Positions 55,553 to 64,000 of a stretch of 64,000 bases of DNA are shown here, piece after piece; positions within the stretch are counted from its first letter, which is position 1; each line of letters opens with the position of its first letter. The stretch lies in NCBI GenBank assembly GCA_003557645.1, contig PWNV01000014.1:17989-81988 (forward strand), read 5' to 3'. Made by a program: the position numbers and the translations under genes. The notes beneath the pieces were generated by a model that did no database searches, had not been told where the DNA came from, and was given only the letters and a program-made list of their open reading frames with translations. The stretch comes from Candidatus Nealsonbacteria bacterium (lineage in GTDB: Bacteria > Patescibacteriota > Minisyncoccia > Minisyncoccales > PWPS01).

Positions 55553-55885
55553 CTACTTTATTTTCTTTCTTGCTATTTTCTTCGATTTATCCTTAATGTA
55601 ATATATTTTAGCTTTTCTTGCTCTTCCTGCTTTCACAATTTCAATCTTTTCTATTATTGGAGAGTGGATTGGAAATATCTTTTCGGTTCCAACTTTATCA
55701 ACAATTTTTCTTACGGTAATGGTTGCGCTAGCAGTGTTCCCATGTTTTTTGGCGATAACTAATCCTTCAAAGGCTTGCGTTTTTCCGTTTACTTTCTCTG
55801 TAACACGAACAGTGTTTCCCGTTGCTATCTGAGGGATATCATCTCTTGTTTGGTTTTTTTTGAATTCTTCCAGTTTAGTAGACAT
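55553..55885 (-). CDS. rplS: 50S ribosomal protein L19
   Basis: Conserved L19 sequence (IPQIATGNTVRV...). Confidence 0.85.
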   Translation of the reverse strand: MSTKLEEFKKNQTRDDIPQIATGNTVRVTEKVNGKTQAFEGLVIAKKHGNTASATITVRKIVDKVGTEKIFPIHSPIIEKIEIVKAGRARKAKIYYIKDKSKKIARKKIK

Positions 55886-56567
55886 TTTTTTTCAAGTTTT
55901 GAATAATTTTTTTTAAGTCTGTAGGTAATTTTGCGTGTAGCTTCTTCTTTCCGAGAGGAGTTTTAATCTCTATTGATTTTGCGTGTAAAAACTGCCTTTC
56001 AAGTTCTTTTGGGTCGGTTTGATCTTTAAAGCGATATAACTTATCTCCCGCAACAGGGTGTCCGATGTAAGAAAGGTGACATCTTATCTGATGTTTTCTC
56101 CCTGTTCTTGGGAAAACTTCTAGAAGGGAATAGTTAGAAAATGTTTTCAGTACTCGGAAAATGGTTACAGCCTCCCTTCCCCCTCCCTCTGTATAAGAAC
56201 CTTGCTTTCTTCTGTCTTTTGGAGATCGCTTCATAAATGTTCTTATCTCTCCGCAGTTTTTCTTGACTGGTTTAAAGACAAGGGCAATATACCTTTTTTT
56301 TGCATTTTGTTCAAGTAGCTCTTTTTGTAGCGAAGATAAAGTTGCCTTGTCTCTTGCAAAAAGAAGGATGCCCGAAGTGTCTTTGTCTAGTCTATGCACT
56401 GCTCCACACCTCACTCTGTCAACTTCTTTCAGTTCAGGGAAAGAAGAAGAGAGAATAGAGGCTACGCTTTTTTCTTTGGATGGGCTGTTTTGCTCGTTGA
56501 AAACCACCATGCCGGGAGGCTTGTTTACGGCAAGAACATATTTATCTTTGTAAACTGCTTCTATCAT
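55875..56567 (-). CDS. RluA-family pseudouridine synthase
   Basis: LAVNKPPGMVVF, HRLDKDTSGILLFA catalytic Asp motif; start moved to Met17 to avoid overlap with tRNA. Confidence 0.75.
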   Translation of the reverse strand: MIEAVYKDKYVLAVNKPPGMVVFNEQNSPSKEKSVASILSSSFPELKEVDRVRCGAVHRLDKDTSGILLFARDKATLSSLQKELLEQNAKKRYIALVFKPVKKNCGEIRTFMKRSPKDRRKQGSYTEGGGREAVTIFRVLKTFSNYSLLEVFPRTGRKHQIRCHLSYIGHPVAGDKLYRFKDQTDPKELERQFLHAKSIEIKTPLGKKKLHAKLPTDLKKIIQNLKKNVY

Positions 56568-56573
56568 AATGTG

Positions 56574-56646
56574 TGGGCGCGCCCTGACTTGAACAGGGGA
56601 CCTCGTCGATGTCAACGACGCGCTCTGCCGACTGAGCTACGCGCCC
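56574..56646 (-). tRNA. tRNA-Val (anticodon GAC)
   Basis: gggcgcg acceptor, anticodon loop uuGACau. Confidence 0.8.
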
Positions 56647-56651
56647 GCATG

Positions 56652-56725
56652 TGCGCGTGGATGGACTCGAACCATCGACCTCAGACTTATAAGATCTGCG
56701 CTCTCACCGACTGAGCTACACGCGC
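56652..56725 (-). tRNA. tRNA-Ile (anticodon UAU)
   Basis: Perfect cloverleaf gcgcgtg...cacgcgc, anticodon loop cuUAUaa. Confidence 0.7.
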
Positions 56726-56770
56726 TTGTTTCCGTGATATTATACCACAAGATTGAAATTTTACCACTCC

Positions 56771-58609
56771 TTACTTGGTTTCTTTTTTGATGAGTTTTTC
56801 GTACTCTTTTCTTTCTATGGTTTCGTTTTCCATCAAGTGCTTTGCTACCGTGTCTAATGATTTCTTTTGCTTCTTTAAAAGAAGATCAGCTTTTTTTTCT
56901 GCTTCTCTAATAAAAGAAGAGACTTCTTTATCTATTTTAGAAGCGGTTTCTTCGGAATAGTTTTTTTCGCTAGGCATATCTCTTCCTAAAAAGATGTGTT
57001 CTTTTTCTCCTCCGTAATGAACAGGACCAAGAGCAGACATACCAAACTCCTTAACCAGTTTTCTTGCATATTTAGAGGCTCTTTCTAAGTCGTTTACTGC
57101 TCCGGTGGATATCTCTTTAAAGGCAAGCTTTTCTGCACAATATCCCCCCATAAGCACTGCCATTTCGGAGATAAACTCGGATTTTCTTTTTGTCCTACTT
57201 TCCTCGGAAGGAATTTTGATTGTATATCCTCCTACTTGTCCCCTTGATACAATTGAAATTTTTCTTACAGGCTCTGCTTCTGGAAGGAAAGAAGAAACAA
57301 CAGCGTGTCCCGCTTCATGATAAGCGGTTATCTCCTTTTCTTTTTTGCTTATTGTGTAATTTTTTCTCTCTGGCCCAAGTAGTACTTTTTCTATTGATTC
57401 TAAGAAATCACTTTGACTAATTTTAGATTTTCTTTTTCTTGCAGCAAAAATAGCAGCCTCGTTTGTCAGATTGGAAATATCAGCACCAGAAAAACCAGGA
57501 GTACGCTCTGCCACCTCTTTGAAATCTACTCCTGAAGAAAGAGGCATTTTCTTGGAGTGTATTTTTAGCATCTTTTCTCTTGTTTTTTTATCTGGTAAGT
57601 CAAGAACAATTTTTCTGTCAAAGCGGCCAGGACGAAGTAGAGCTGAGTCAAGAACGTCTGGACGGTTAGTACTGGCAAGAACCACTATTTGTGTGTCTTG
57701 CTGAAAACCATCCATCTCTGACAAGATTTGATTTAAGGTTTGCTCTCTTTCATCGTGTCCTCCTCCTAGTCCAGCTCCCCTTGCTCTTCCAATAGCATCA
57801 AGCTCATCTATATAAATAATGCAAGGTTGTTTGCTTTTTGCGTTATTAAAGAGATCTCTTACCCTTCCACTTCCCACTCCCACAAAAAGCTCAATAAACT
57901 CTGATCCAGAAATTTCAAAAAAAGGAACACTTGCCTCGCCTGCAGTAGCTCTTGCAAGAAGAGTCTTTCCTGTCCCTGGTGCACCAGTCAGGAGAACCCC
58001 TTTTGGAATACGAGCTCCAAGTTTTAGAAATCTTTTCGGGTCTTTTAAAAATTCTACAATCTCTTTTAATTCTTCTTTTGATTCTTCAAGACCGGCCACA
58101 TCATCAAAGGATATTTTTTCTTTTCCGTCGTCTTTATCTCCAACGAGTCTTGCTTTTGCTTTTGAAAAATCAAGTGCTTGCATCGCTCCTCCTTTAGCTT
58201 GTTTAAAGACGGAACGGAAAATAAAAAAGATAAAAATAATAGGAAGAGATATAATCAGTAAAGTAAGTAAAGGAGACCAGTCCTGTTCTCTCTGGTAATC
58301 TACATCGAGAAGATGTATTTTGGATTCTTCTGCTCCCCAATCTTTCATAGAAGGAACAAACTCCGCTCTTTCTTCTTTTTTAGCAACGGCTTTGCTTTCG
58401 TCTTTGTAGAGTATCTCTATCTCGGTTCCCCTTACAGTGATGTGCTTTATTTTTTCTTCGTTAATTTGTTCTGCTAGAAGGCGCAGACTTATCTCTTCGG
58501 GCTTTTGAAAAGAGTCGGAGGCGATAATCCCAAAAAGAGTAACGATCACAAGGAAGAACAACAAGAAAACGCCGACATTTTTGCTTAGTGTTTTAGTTAT
58601 TTTTTTCAT
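56771..58609 (-). CDS. ftsH: ATP-dependent zinc metalloprotease FtsH
   Basis: N-terminal TMs, AAA+ Walker [21 protein letters not shown] zinc motif. Confidence 0.9.
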   Translation of the reverse strand: MKKITKTLSKNVGVFLLFFLVIVTLFGIIASDSFQKPEEISLRLLAEQINEEKIKHITVRGTEIEILYKDESKAVAKKEERAEFVPSMKDWGAEESKIHLLDVDYQREQDWSPLLTLLIISLPIIFIFFIFRSVFKQAKGGAMQALDFSKAKARLVGDKDDGKEKISFDDVAGLEESKEELKEIVEFLKDPKRFLKLGARIPKGVLLTGAPGTGKTLLARATAGEASVPFFEISGSEFIELFVGVGSGRVRDLFNNAKSKQPCIIYIDELDAIGRARGAGLGGGHDEREQTLNQILSEMDGFQQDTQIVVLASTNRPDVLDSALLRPGRFDRKIVLDLPDKKTREKMLKIHSKKMPLSSGVDFKEVAERTPGFSGADISNLTNEAAIFAARKRKSKISQSDFLESIEKVLLGPERKNYTISKKEKEITAYHEAGHAVVSSFLPEAEPVRKISIVSRGQVGGYTIKIPSEESRTKRKSEFISEMAVLMGGYCAEKLAFKEISTGAVNDLERASKYARKLVKEFGMSALGPVHYGGEKEHIFLGRDMPSEKNYSEETASKIDKEVSSFIREAEKKADLLLKKQKKSLDTVAKHLMENETIERKEYEKLIKKETK

Positions 58610-58685
58610 GTAAATTATTTAAATAAATTTGTACTATAGGATATCATAAAGCGTTATCATTTCAAGAAAGTATAATATTTTTAGT

Positions 58686-58714
58686 TTGACTCAGAGCACT
58701 TTTTTTATTATAAT
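58686..58714 (+). promoter_or_regulatory. Consensus sigma-70-type promoter (TTGACT-17-TATAAT) driving tRNA-Arg/His/Arg array
   Basis: TTGACT at 58686-58691, 17-nt spacer, TATAAT at 58709-58714, about 20 nt upstream of tRNA 5' end. Confidence 0.65.
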
Positions 58715-58733
58715 GCAGTTTATCTTAGAGAAT

Positions 58734-58807
58734 CTCCCTGTAGCTCAACTGGATAGAGCGACAGCCTTCTAAGCTGTAGGTTGCAGGTTCGAGTCCTGCC
58801 GGGGAGA
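58734..58807 (+). tRNA. tRNA-Arg (anticodon UCU)
   Basis: C1:G72, anticodon loop cuUCUaa. Confidence 0.75.
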
Positions 58808-58815
58808 CAAAAAAT

Positions 58816-58888
58816 GGCGGCCGTAGCTTAATGGTAAAGCACTCGGTTGTGGTCCGAGAGCATGCGGGTTCGAGTCCCGTCGGTCGCC
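58816..58888 (+). tRNA. tRNA-His (anticodon GUG) with genomically encoded G-1
   Basis: Extra 5' G opposite C73 discriminator, anticodon loop uuGUGgu. Confidence 0.8.
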
Positions 58889-58897
58889 CAAGTAGTA

Positions 58898-58971
<74 letters not shown>

Positions 58972-58999
58972 CATGAACCTCTCTTAATTTATAAAACGA

Positions 59000-59031
59000 A
59001 AAACTCGGCTAGTATCCGAGCTTTATTTTTT
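59000..59031. terminator. Bidirectional rho-independent terminator
   Basis: ctcgg-ctagtat-ccgag hairpin flanked by A-run and T-run, between tRNA array and convergent rpsA. Confidence 0.7.
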
Positions 59032-59039
59032 GAATAAAA

Positions 59040-60092
59040 TTATTTTTCGATGAGTCTTAATCCAAGGCGGTGGTCACTGGCGTTAATGGATAAGATTTTA
59101 AACTTATAACTCTTTCCCACCTCCAAAGCTTCTTCCATTTTTTCACGCGTTTGAAATTCAGAAATATGACAAAGTCCTTGGATGCCGGATTCGATTTCCA
59201 CAAAAGCACCAAAAGAGATAAATTTTGTAACAGTTCCTTCAATAATGTCTCCACTTTTATAGTTCTTTTCTACTTCTTTCCAAGGATCTGATTTTAGTGC
59301 TTTAAGAGAAAGGAAAACTTTGCCGTTATCAATTTTAATTATTTTTGCTTTTATCTTTTCTCCTTCTTTTAAGATTTCGCGAGGATTCTCTACCAAGCTC
59401 CAGTTCATTTCAGAAATATGAATAAGTCCCTCGATACCTTCTCCGAAACGAACGAATGCTCCAAAATCAACAATTCCTGTTACTTCTCCTTCAACAACAT
59501 CTCCTTCTTTGTGGTCTTTTAGAGAACCATCTGCTTGTTCTGATTCGTTTGTTCTTTCAGAGAGAATAAGTTTTTCTCCTTCTTTTGAGAGGTCAAGAAT
59601 TTTTACCTCTAGCTCTTTTCCGACAAGGCTTTGTAATTCCTTCAATATTTTTGACGTATCTCCACCCTCAACTCGAGGATAATTTTCTGAAGAAAGTTGA
59701 GAAGAAGGAATAAAAGAAGGAATTCCGGATACTTTAGTAAGTAAGCCTCCTTTATTCGCGCCCTCAATTTTTACAATAAGAGTTTCTTTATTATCCTTTT
59801 TCTCTTGCAAGGTGCCCCAAGCAAGCTCTTTTCGTGCTTGAATGCGAGAACACTCTACATAGCCGTCTTCTGTCTCCAGGGCAATTATCTTTACTGTAAT
59901 AGTGTCTCCGTCTTCAAGATCCTTCAGTTCATCTTTTGATTGCTGGAACTCTCTTCCGTATATTATTCCAGTGCCAAAAAGACCCAAATCAACAAAAGCG
60001 GCAGCACGTCCTTTACCGACAATCGTTGTGTCTACAGTATCTCCCACTCGGGGAATTTCAAGTAAGTTTTTTTCTTTTAGTACTTGTTTCAT
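59040..60092 (-). CDS. rpsA: 30S ribosomal protein S1 (four S1 domains)
   Basis: Repeated S1 OB-fold motifs (G.V.G.V....GAFV). Confidence 0.8.
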   Translation of the reverse strand: MKQVLKEKNLLEIPRVGDTVDTTIVGKGRAAAFVDLGLFGTGIIYGREFQQSKDELKDLEDGDTITVKIIALETEDGYVECSRIQARKELAWGTLQEKKDNKETLIVKIEGANKGGLLTKVSGIPSFIPSSQLSSENYPRVEGGDTSKILKELQSLVGKELEVKILDLSKEGEKLILSERTNESEQADGSLKDHKEGDVVEGEVTGIVDFGAFVRFGEGIEGLIHISEMNWSLVENPREILKEGEKIKAKIIKIDNGKVFLSLKALKSDPWKEVEKNYKSGDIIEGTVTKFISFGAFVEIESGIQGLCHISEFQTREKMEEALEVGKSYKFKILSINASDHRLGLRLIEK

Positions 60093-60155
60093 AACAATTT
60101 CAGAGTTTACACCATTTCTTGAATTTTTTCAAGAGGGGTGATAGAATTAGCACGT

Positions 60156-60839
60156 ATGCATATTGTATGGTATGGACAATCGTGTTTTAAAATTACCTTG
60201 CAGCCTCAAAAAAGGTCTAAACAGTGGGCTTCTTTGGTGATAGATCCTTTCAGCGAAAGCATTGGATTAAAATTACCAAAAATAGAGGCAGATGTTCTTC
60301 TTGTAACCCATGAGCATGAGGATCATGGAAACAGAAGTGCTATTGGGAAAGACCCCTTTATTATTGATGGTCCTGGAGAGTATGAAATTAAAGATATCTT
60401 TATCTATGGAGTTCAGTCTTTTCATGACAAAAAGCTTGGAGAGGAGAGAGGATTAAACACGATATATACTATTACCGTTGAAGATATGAGAATCTGTCAT
60501 ATGGGAGATTTTGGTCAAGAAGAGCTAACAAGCAAACAACTTGAAGATATAGGAGATGTGGATATTCTTATGATTCCTGTTGGAGGAAAATATACTATTG
60601 ATGCAAAAGGAGCGACAAAAATAATAGCGCAGATAGAGCCAAGAGTAGTAATACCGATGCACTATAGTATTCCAGAGTTAAAGATAGAGCTAGACGATCT
60701 CTCTGCGTTTTTAAAAGCAGTTGGAGAAAAAAAAGTAGACGCAGTGGAAAAATTTTCGGTGGCAAAGAAAAATTTCTCAGGAGAAGAAATGAGTATTGTT
60801 TCACTGATTCCGCAAGCTAAAAAAATATCTAAAAAATGA
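60156..60839 (+). CDS. MBL-fold metal-dependent hydrolase (UPF0173-like)
   Basis: [10 protein letters not shown] His motif, start at [11 protein letters not shown]. Confidence 0.7.
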   Translation: MHIVWYGQSCFKITLQPQKRSKQWASLVIDPFSESIGLKLPKIEADVLLVTHEHEDHGNRSAIGKDPFIIDGPGEYEIKDIFIYGVQSFHDKKLGEERGLNTIYTITVEDMRICHMGDFGQEELTSKQLEDIGDVDILMIPVGGKYTIDAKGATKIIAQIEPRVVIPMHYSIPELKIELDDLSAFLKAVGEKKVDAVEKFSVAKKNFSGEEMSIVSLIPQAKKISKK

Positions 60840-63298
60840 CCGAGAAAAAGAAAGAAAGAGAAAATTATGATATTGGATATGTTAAAGTAACGAGCATCTC
60901 GCAAGAGATGCGCGAGTCTTATATAGACTATGCAATGTCAGTAATTGTGGGAAGAGCCCTTCCCGATGTGCGTGACGGCTTAAAGCCGGTACACAGAAGA
61001 ATACTCTACACTATGAAAGAAGATGGTTCGCTGCATAACGCCAGATATAAGAAGTCGGCGAGTGTAGTAGGAACAACTCTGGCAAGATATCATCCGCACG
61101 GAGATATGGCGGTTTATAACTCTATGGTATTAATGGCTCAAGACTTTTCCATGCGTTATCCGCTAGTGCAAGGACAAGGAAACTTTGGATCAATTGATGG
61201 AGACCCTCCCTCTGCTATGAGATACAGTGAAGCGAGGCTTTCTAAAATGGGTGAGGCGATGTTACAAGATATTCAAAAAGATACGGTTAATTATATTTCT
61301 AATTATGATGGAACGAGGAAAGAGCCGACAGTCCTTCCTTCTCCTGTTCCTCAGTTGCTCTTAAACGGGTCTTTAGGAATTGCTGTTGGAATGGCCACTA
61401 ATATTCCTCCTCACAACCTCTCGGAAGTTATCGATGCAACGGTTCATATCATTGATAATCCCAAAGCGGACACAGAGGATCTTTTTAAGTTCATAAAAGG
61501 CCCCGACTTTCCTACCGGAGGGGAGATATATAATAAGGAGGAGATTATTGCTGCTTACTCTAAAGGGAAAGGTTCGATCACAATTCGAGGAAAAGCGGAG
61601 ATAGTTGAAGAGAAAGGAAAAGCACAGATTATTATCACGGAAATACCTTATCGTGTTCGAAAAGCAAGAATGGTGGAGGAGTTTGCAAAGATGGTGCAAA
61701 ATAAAAGATTGGAAGGAGTTAAAGATATAAGAGATGAGTCTGATAGAGAGGGAATGCGTATAGCCTTAGACTTAAAAAGCGGTGCTTACCCAAGAAAGAT
61801 TTTAAATCGTCTTTATAACTTCTCTTCTCTACAAGAGGTGTTCCACTTAAATATGATATCTCTTGTTGATGGAATACAGCCTCGTGTAATGGGGCTTGTT
61901 GAGATGCTTCAGTATTATATTAGTCATCGAATAGAAGTAATAACAAGAAGGACAAAGTTTGACCTTGATAGAGCTAAAGAAAGAGCTCATATCCTCGAAG
62001 GACTTGATAAAGCGCTTTCCAATATCGACGAAGTTATAAAAATCATCAAAAAATCAGAGAGCAAGGAAGATGCCAAAAAGAATCTTATTAAAAAGTTTAA
62101 GTTTACAGAGATTCAAGCAACCGCTATTTTAGAGATGCGACTTCACAAGCTCGCCAAACTAGAAAGAGGAGAGATAGAACAAGAGCTCAAAGAAAAGAAA
62201 GCACTAATAAAAGAGCTTACATCCATTCTAAATAGCAAAAAAAAGATAAAGGAAGTTGTAAAGAGAGAACTCCTGGAAATGAAAGAGACCTTTGGAGATA
62301 AAAGAAGAACAAAAGTATACGATGAGGGACTAAAGAAAGCGGATGATTTAGATTTAATTCCTCAAGAAGAAACAATAATTACTATTACTCAAGGTGGGTA
62401 TATAAAAAGAGTAAATCCTTCTACTTACAAGTCACAAAAAAGAGGAGGAAAGGGAATGCTTGGAATGAAGACAGGAAACGATGATGTTGTAGAGCACTTC
62501 ATTGAAGCAATGACTCATGATTTTCTGCTATTTTTTACTGATAACGGAAAAGTTTTTCGAGTTCCAGTATATCAGGTTCCTGAAGGAGCAAGAGCAGCTC
62601 GCGGAAGAGGACTTTTAAACTTTTTAGAGATATCTTCTGAAGAAAAAGTACTTGCCGTTATTCCTCTTGGAAAAGAAGAAGTGACGGAAAAAAAGAACTT
62701 GGTAATAGTAACTAAGAAGGGAATAATCAAAAAGACATCACTTAAAGAGTTTGCTAACATACGCCGTTCTGGACTTATCGCCATTACTCTAAAAGATAAG
62801 GATGAGGTTCATAGAGTCAGAAAAACTGATGGCAATAGCGAGATTGTAATTGGTACAAAGAAAGGGAAGCTTATCAGGTTTGGAGAAGAAGATGTGCGCA
62901 ACATGGGAAGACAGGCTAGCGGAGTGAAAGGGATAAATTTGAAAAAAGAAGACAGCATAGCAGATATGGAGGTAATTAGGAAAGAAGAAGTGAAAACAGC
63001 TCAGATCTTATTTATGACGGAAAACGGATACGGAAAGAGAATAAAGATAAAGAACTATCGTCCGCAACATAGAGGAGGAATGGGAGTTAAGACAATAAAG
63101 AACATTGAAAAGGTAGGTAATATTATTTCTTTACGAACTATTTTTTCCGATAGCGGTGATCTTATGGCTATTTCGCAGAAAGGAAAAATAATAAGAACAG
63201 AGATTAAAAATATACCCGAGCAGTCTCGCATAACGCAAGGAGTTAGATTAATGAAGATGGATAAAGGAGATAAATTAGCTTCCATTATCTGCTTATGA
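60836..63298 (+). CDS. gyrA: DNA gyrase subunit A
   Basis: [26 protein letters not shown], active-site Tyr region, C-terminal beta-pinwheel repeats. Confidence 0.9.
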   Translation: MTEKKKERENYDIGYVKVTSISQEMRESYIDYAMSVIVGRALPDVRDGLKPVHRRILYTMKEDGSLHNARYKKSASVVGTTLARYHPHGDMAVYNSMVLMAQDFSMRYPLVQGQGNFGSIDGDPPSAMRYSEARLSKMGEAMLQDIQKDTVNYISNYDGTRKEPTVLPSPVPQLLLNGSLGIAVGMATNIPPHNLSEVIDATVHIIDNPKADTEDLFKFIKGPDFPTGGEIYNKEEIIAAYSKGKGSITIRGKAEIVEEKGKAQIIITEIPYRVRKARMVEEFAKMVQNKRLEGVKDIRDESDREGMRIALDLKSGAYPRKILNRLYNFSSLQEVFHLNMISLVDGIQPRVMGLVEMLQYYISHRIEVITRRTKFDLDRAKERAHILEGLDKALSNIDEVIKIIKKSESKEDAKKNLIKKFKFTEIQATAILEMRLHKLAKLERGEIEQELKEKKALIKELTSILNSKKKIKEVVKRELLEMKETFGDKRRTKVYDEGLKKADDLDLIPQEETIITITQGGYIKRVNPSTYKSQKRGGKGMLGMKTGNDDVVEHFIEAMTHDFLLFFTDNGKVFRVPVYQVPEGARAARGRGLLNFLEISSEEKVLAVIPLGKEEVTEKKNLVIVTKKGIIKKTSLKEFANIRRSGLIAITLKDKDEVHRVRKTDGNSEIVIGTKKGKLIRFGEEDVRNMGRQASGVKGINLKKEDSIADMEVIRKEEVKTAQILFMTENGYGKRIKIKNYRPQHRGGMGVKTIKNIEKVGNIISLRTIFSDSGDLMAISQKGKIIRTEIKNIPEQSRITQGVRLMKMDKGDKLASIICL

Positions 63299-63798
63299 AC
63301 CCAGAAGAAGTTATAGGAGAACTTAATATAAAGGAAGACACAAATGTTGCTGATTTTGGTTGTGGTTCTGGGGGATTTACTTTTCCTGCCGCTAAGAAGG
63401 CGAAGAGGGGGAAAATTTATGCAATTGATTTTTCCAAAGAGGCGCTTTCTGCACTAAAGGGGAAAATGGAAAGAGAAAAGGCACAAAATATACGAACAAT
63501 TCTTGCTGATATAGAAGAAGGGCTAGAGCTAAAGGAAGGAATTGTTGACCTGGTAATCATGTCTAATATTTTCTTCCAATCTGATAATAGAGAGATAATA
63601 TTAAAAGAGGCTTACCGCGTTTTATGCAAAGGAGGAGAAGCACTTGTCGTTGACTGGAAGAGAGGAGATATTGTTGGTGTTAAGGAGAAAGTTTTACCAG
63701 AGGAAGTAAAAAGCATCGCTTCAAAAATAGGATTTGAGACGGAAAAAGAATTTGATATTAAGCCATATCACTATGCTGTTATATTAAAAAAGGCATGA
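63295..63798 (+). CDS. Class I SAM-dependent methyltransferase
   Basis: [12 protein letters not shown] motif I. Confidence 0.7.
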   Translation: MNPEEVIGELNIKEDTNVADFGCGSGGFTFPAAKKAKRGKIYAIDFSKEALSALKGKMEREKAQNIRTILADIEEGLELKEGIVDLVIMSNIFFQSDNREIILKEAYRVLCKGGEALVVDWKRGDIVGVKEKVLPEEVKSIASKIGFETEKEFDIKPYHYAVILKKA

Positions 63799-64000
63799 TT
63801 AAAAAAACATTTATCTTATTAATACTTTCCTGTCTTCTCTTACCTTTGATGGTTTTTGGAGGTTCGGGAGAGGGAATAACACTAAAAAACATCTTAAAAT
63901 TTGATACCTTCGAAGAGCTGGTTGATTCGATTATTGCCCTTCTTTTCTATGTTGGCATAATTTTAGCTCCTGTATTCATTCTTCTTGGAGCATTTTACTT
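63795..64000 (+). CDS. Partial small secreted/membrane protein, possibly another pilin-like gene (runs off window end)
   Basis: Manual translation [27 protein letters not shown]...LVDSIIALLFYVGIILAPVFILLGAFY: signal peptide then hydrophobic helix as in VirB2-like genes. Confidence 0.35.
   Translation, partial: MIKKTFILLILSCLLLPLMVFGGSGEGITLKNILKFDTFEELVDSIIALLFYVGIILAPVFILLGAFY

Overview
AT-rich (about 35% GC) bacterial chromosomal segment; its protein and tRNA features suggest a Candidate Phyla Radiation (Patescibacteria-like) genome. Supporting this: very Lys/Glu-rich proteins, a short IF-2, a MurE-like ligase lacking its N-terminal domain, many single-domain proteins, and standard code 11 (TGA and TAA both used as stops). 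The window holds the chromosomal replication origin (rpmH-rnpA-yidC-jag divergent from dnaA-dnaN, with DnaA-box clusters). It carries 19 tRNA genes in four arrays, plus housekeeping genes: rtcB, ruvABC, holA, mutM, rny, clpP, nusA, cca, rpsO-pnp, ksgA, PBP1A, tyrS, yebC, pilB-like ATPase, tsaE, infB, rplS, ftsH, rpsA and gyrA. There is a two-component system made of one cytoplasmic histidine kinase and two stand-alone receiver proteins. The most notable region is a roughly 12 kb accessory island (about 28.1-40.0 kb) that looks like a Gram-positive-type type IV secretion or pilus system. It encodes a 1046-aa secreted protein in which an M23 peptidoglycan hydrolase, Cys-rich modules and four FN3-like repeats are fused to a C-terminal VirB2/TrbC-like pilin domain; this domain architecture is the candidate previously undescribed system. 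The rest of the island comprises a second VirB2-like pilin with a large C-terminal extension, a VirB6-like polytopic membrane protein with a basic tail, a PrgI/VirB3-like protein, and a VirB4 (DEAW-motif) ATPase split over two overlapping ORFs. The same pilin-like domain recurs in a stand-alone 139-aa gene at 15.8 kb and probably in the truncated last ORF. Other unusual features are two tandem, same-frame giant coiled-coil proteins (747 and 966 aa) with periodic Trp-containing repeats, separated by a single TAA. There is also a proteasome/HslV-like Ntn-hydrolase homolog, and a tRNA-Ile with an unmodified-type UAU anticodon. No rRNA, CRISPR array or obvious transposase was found.
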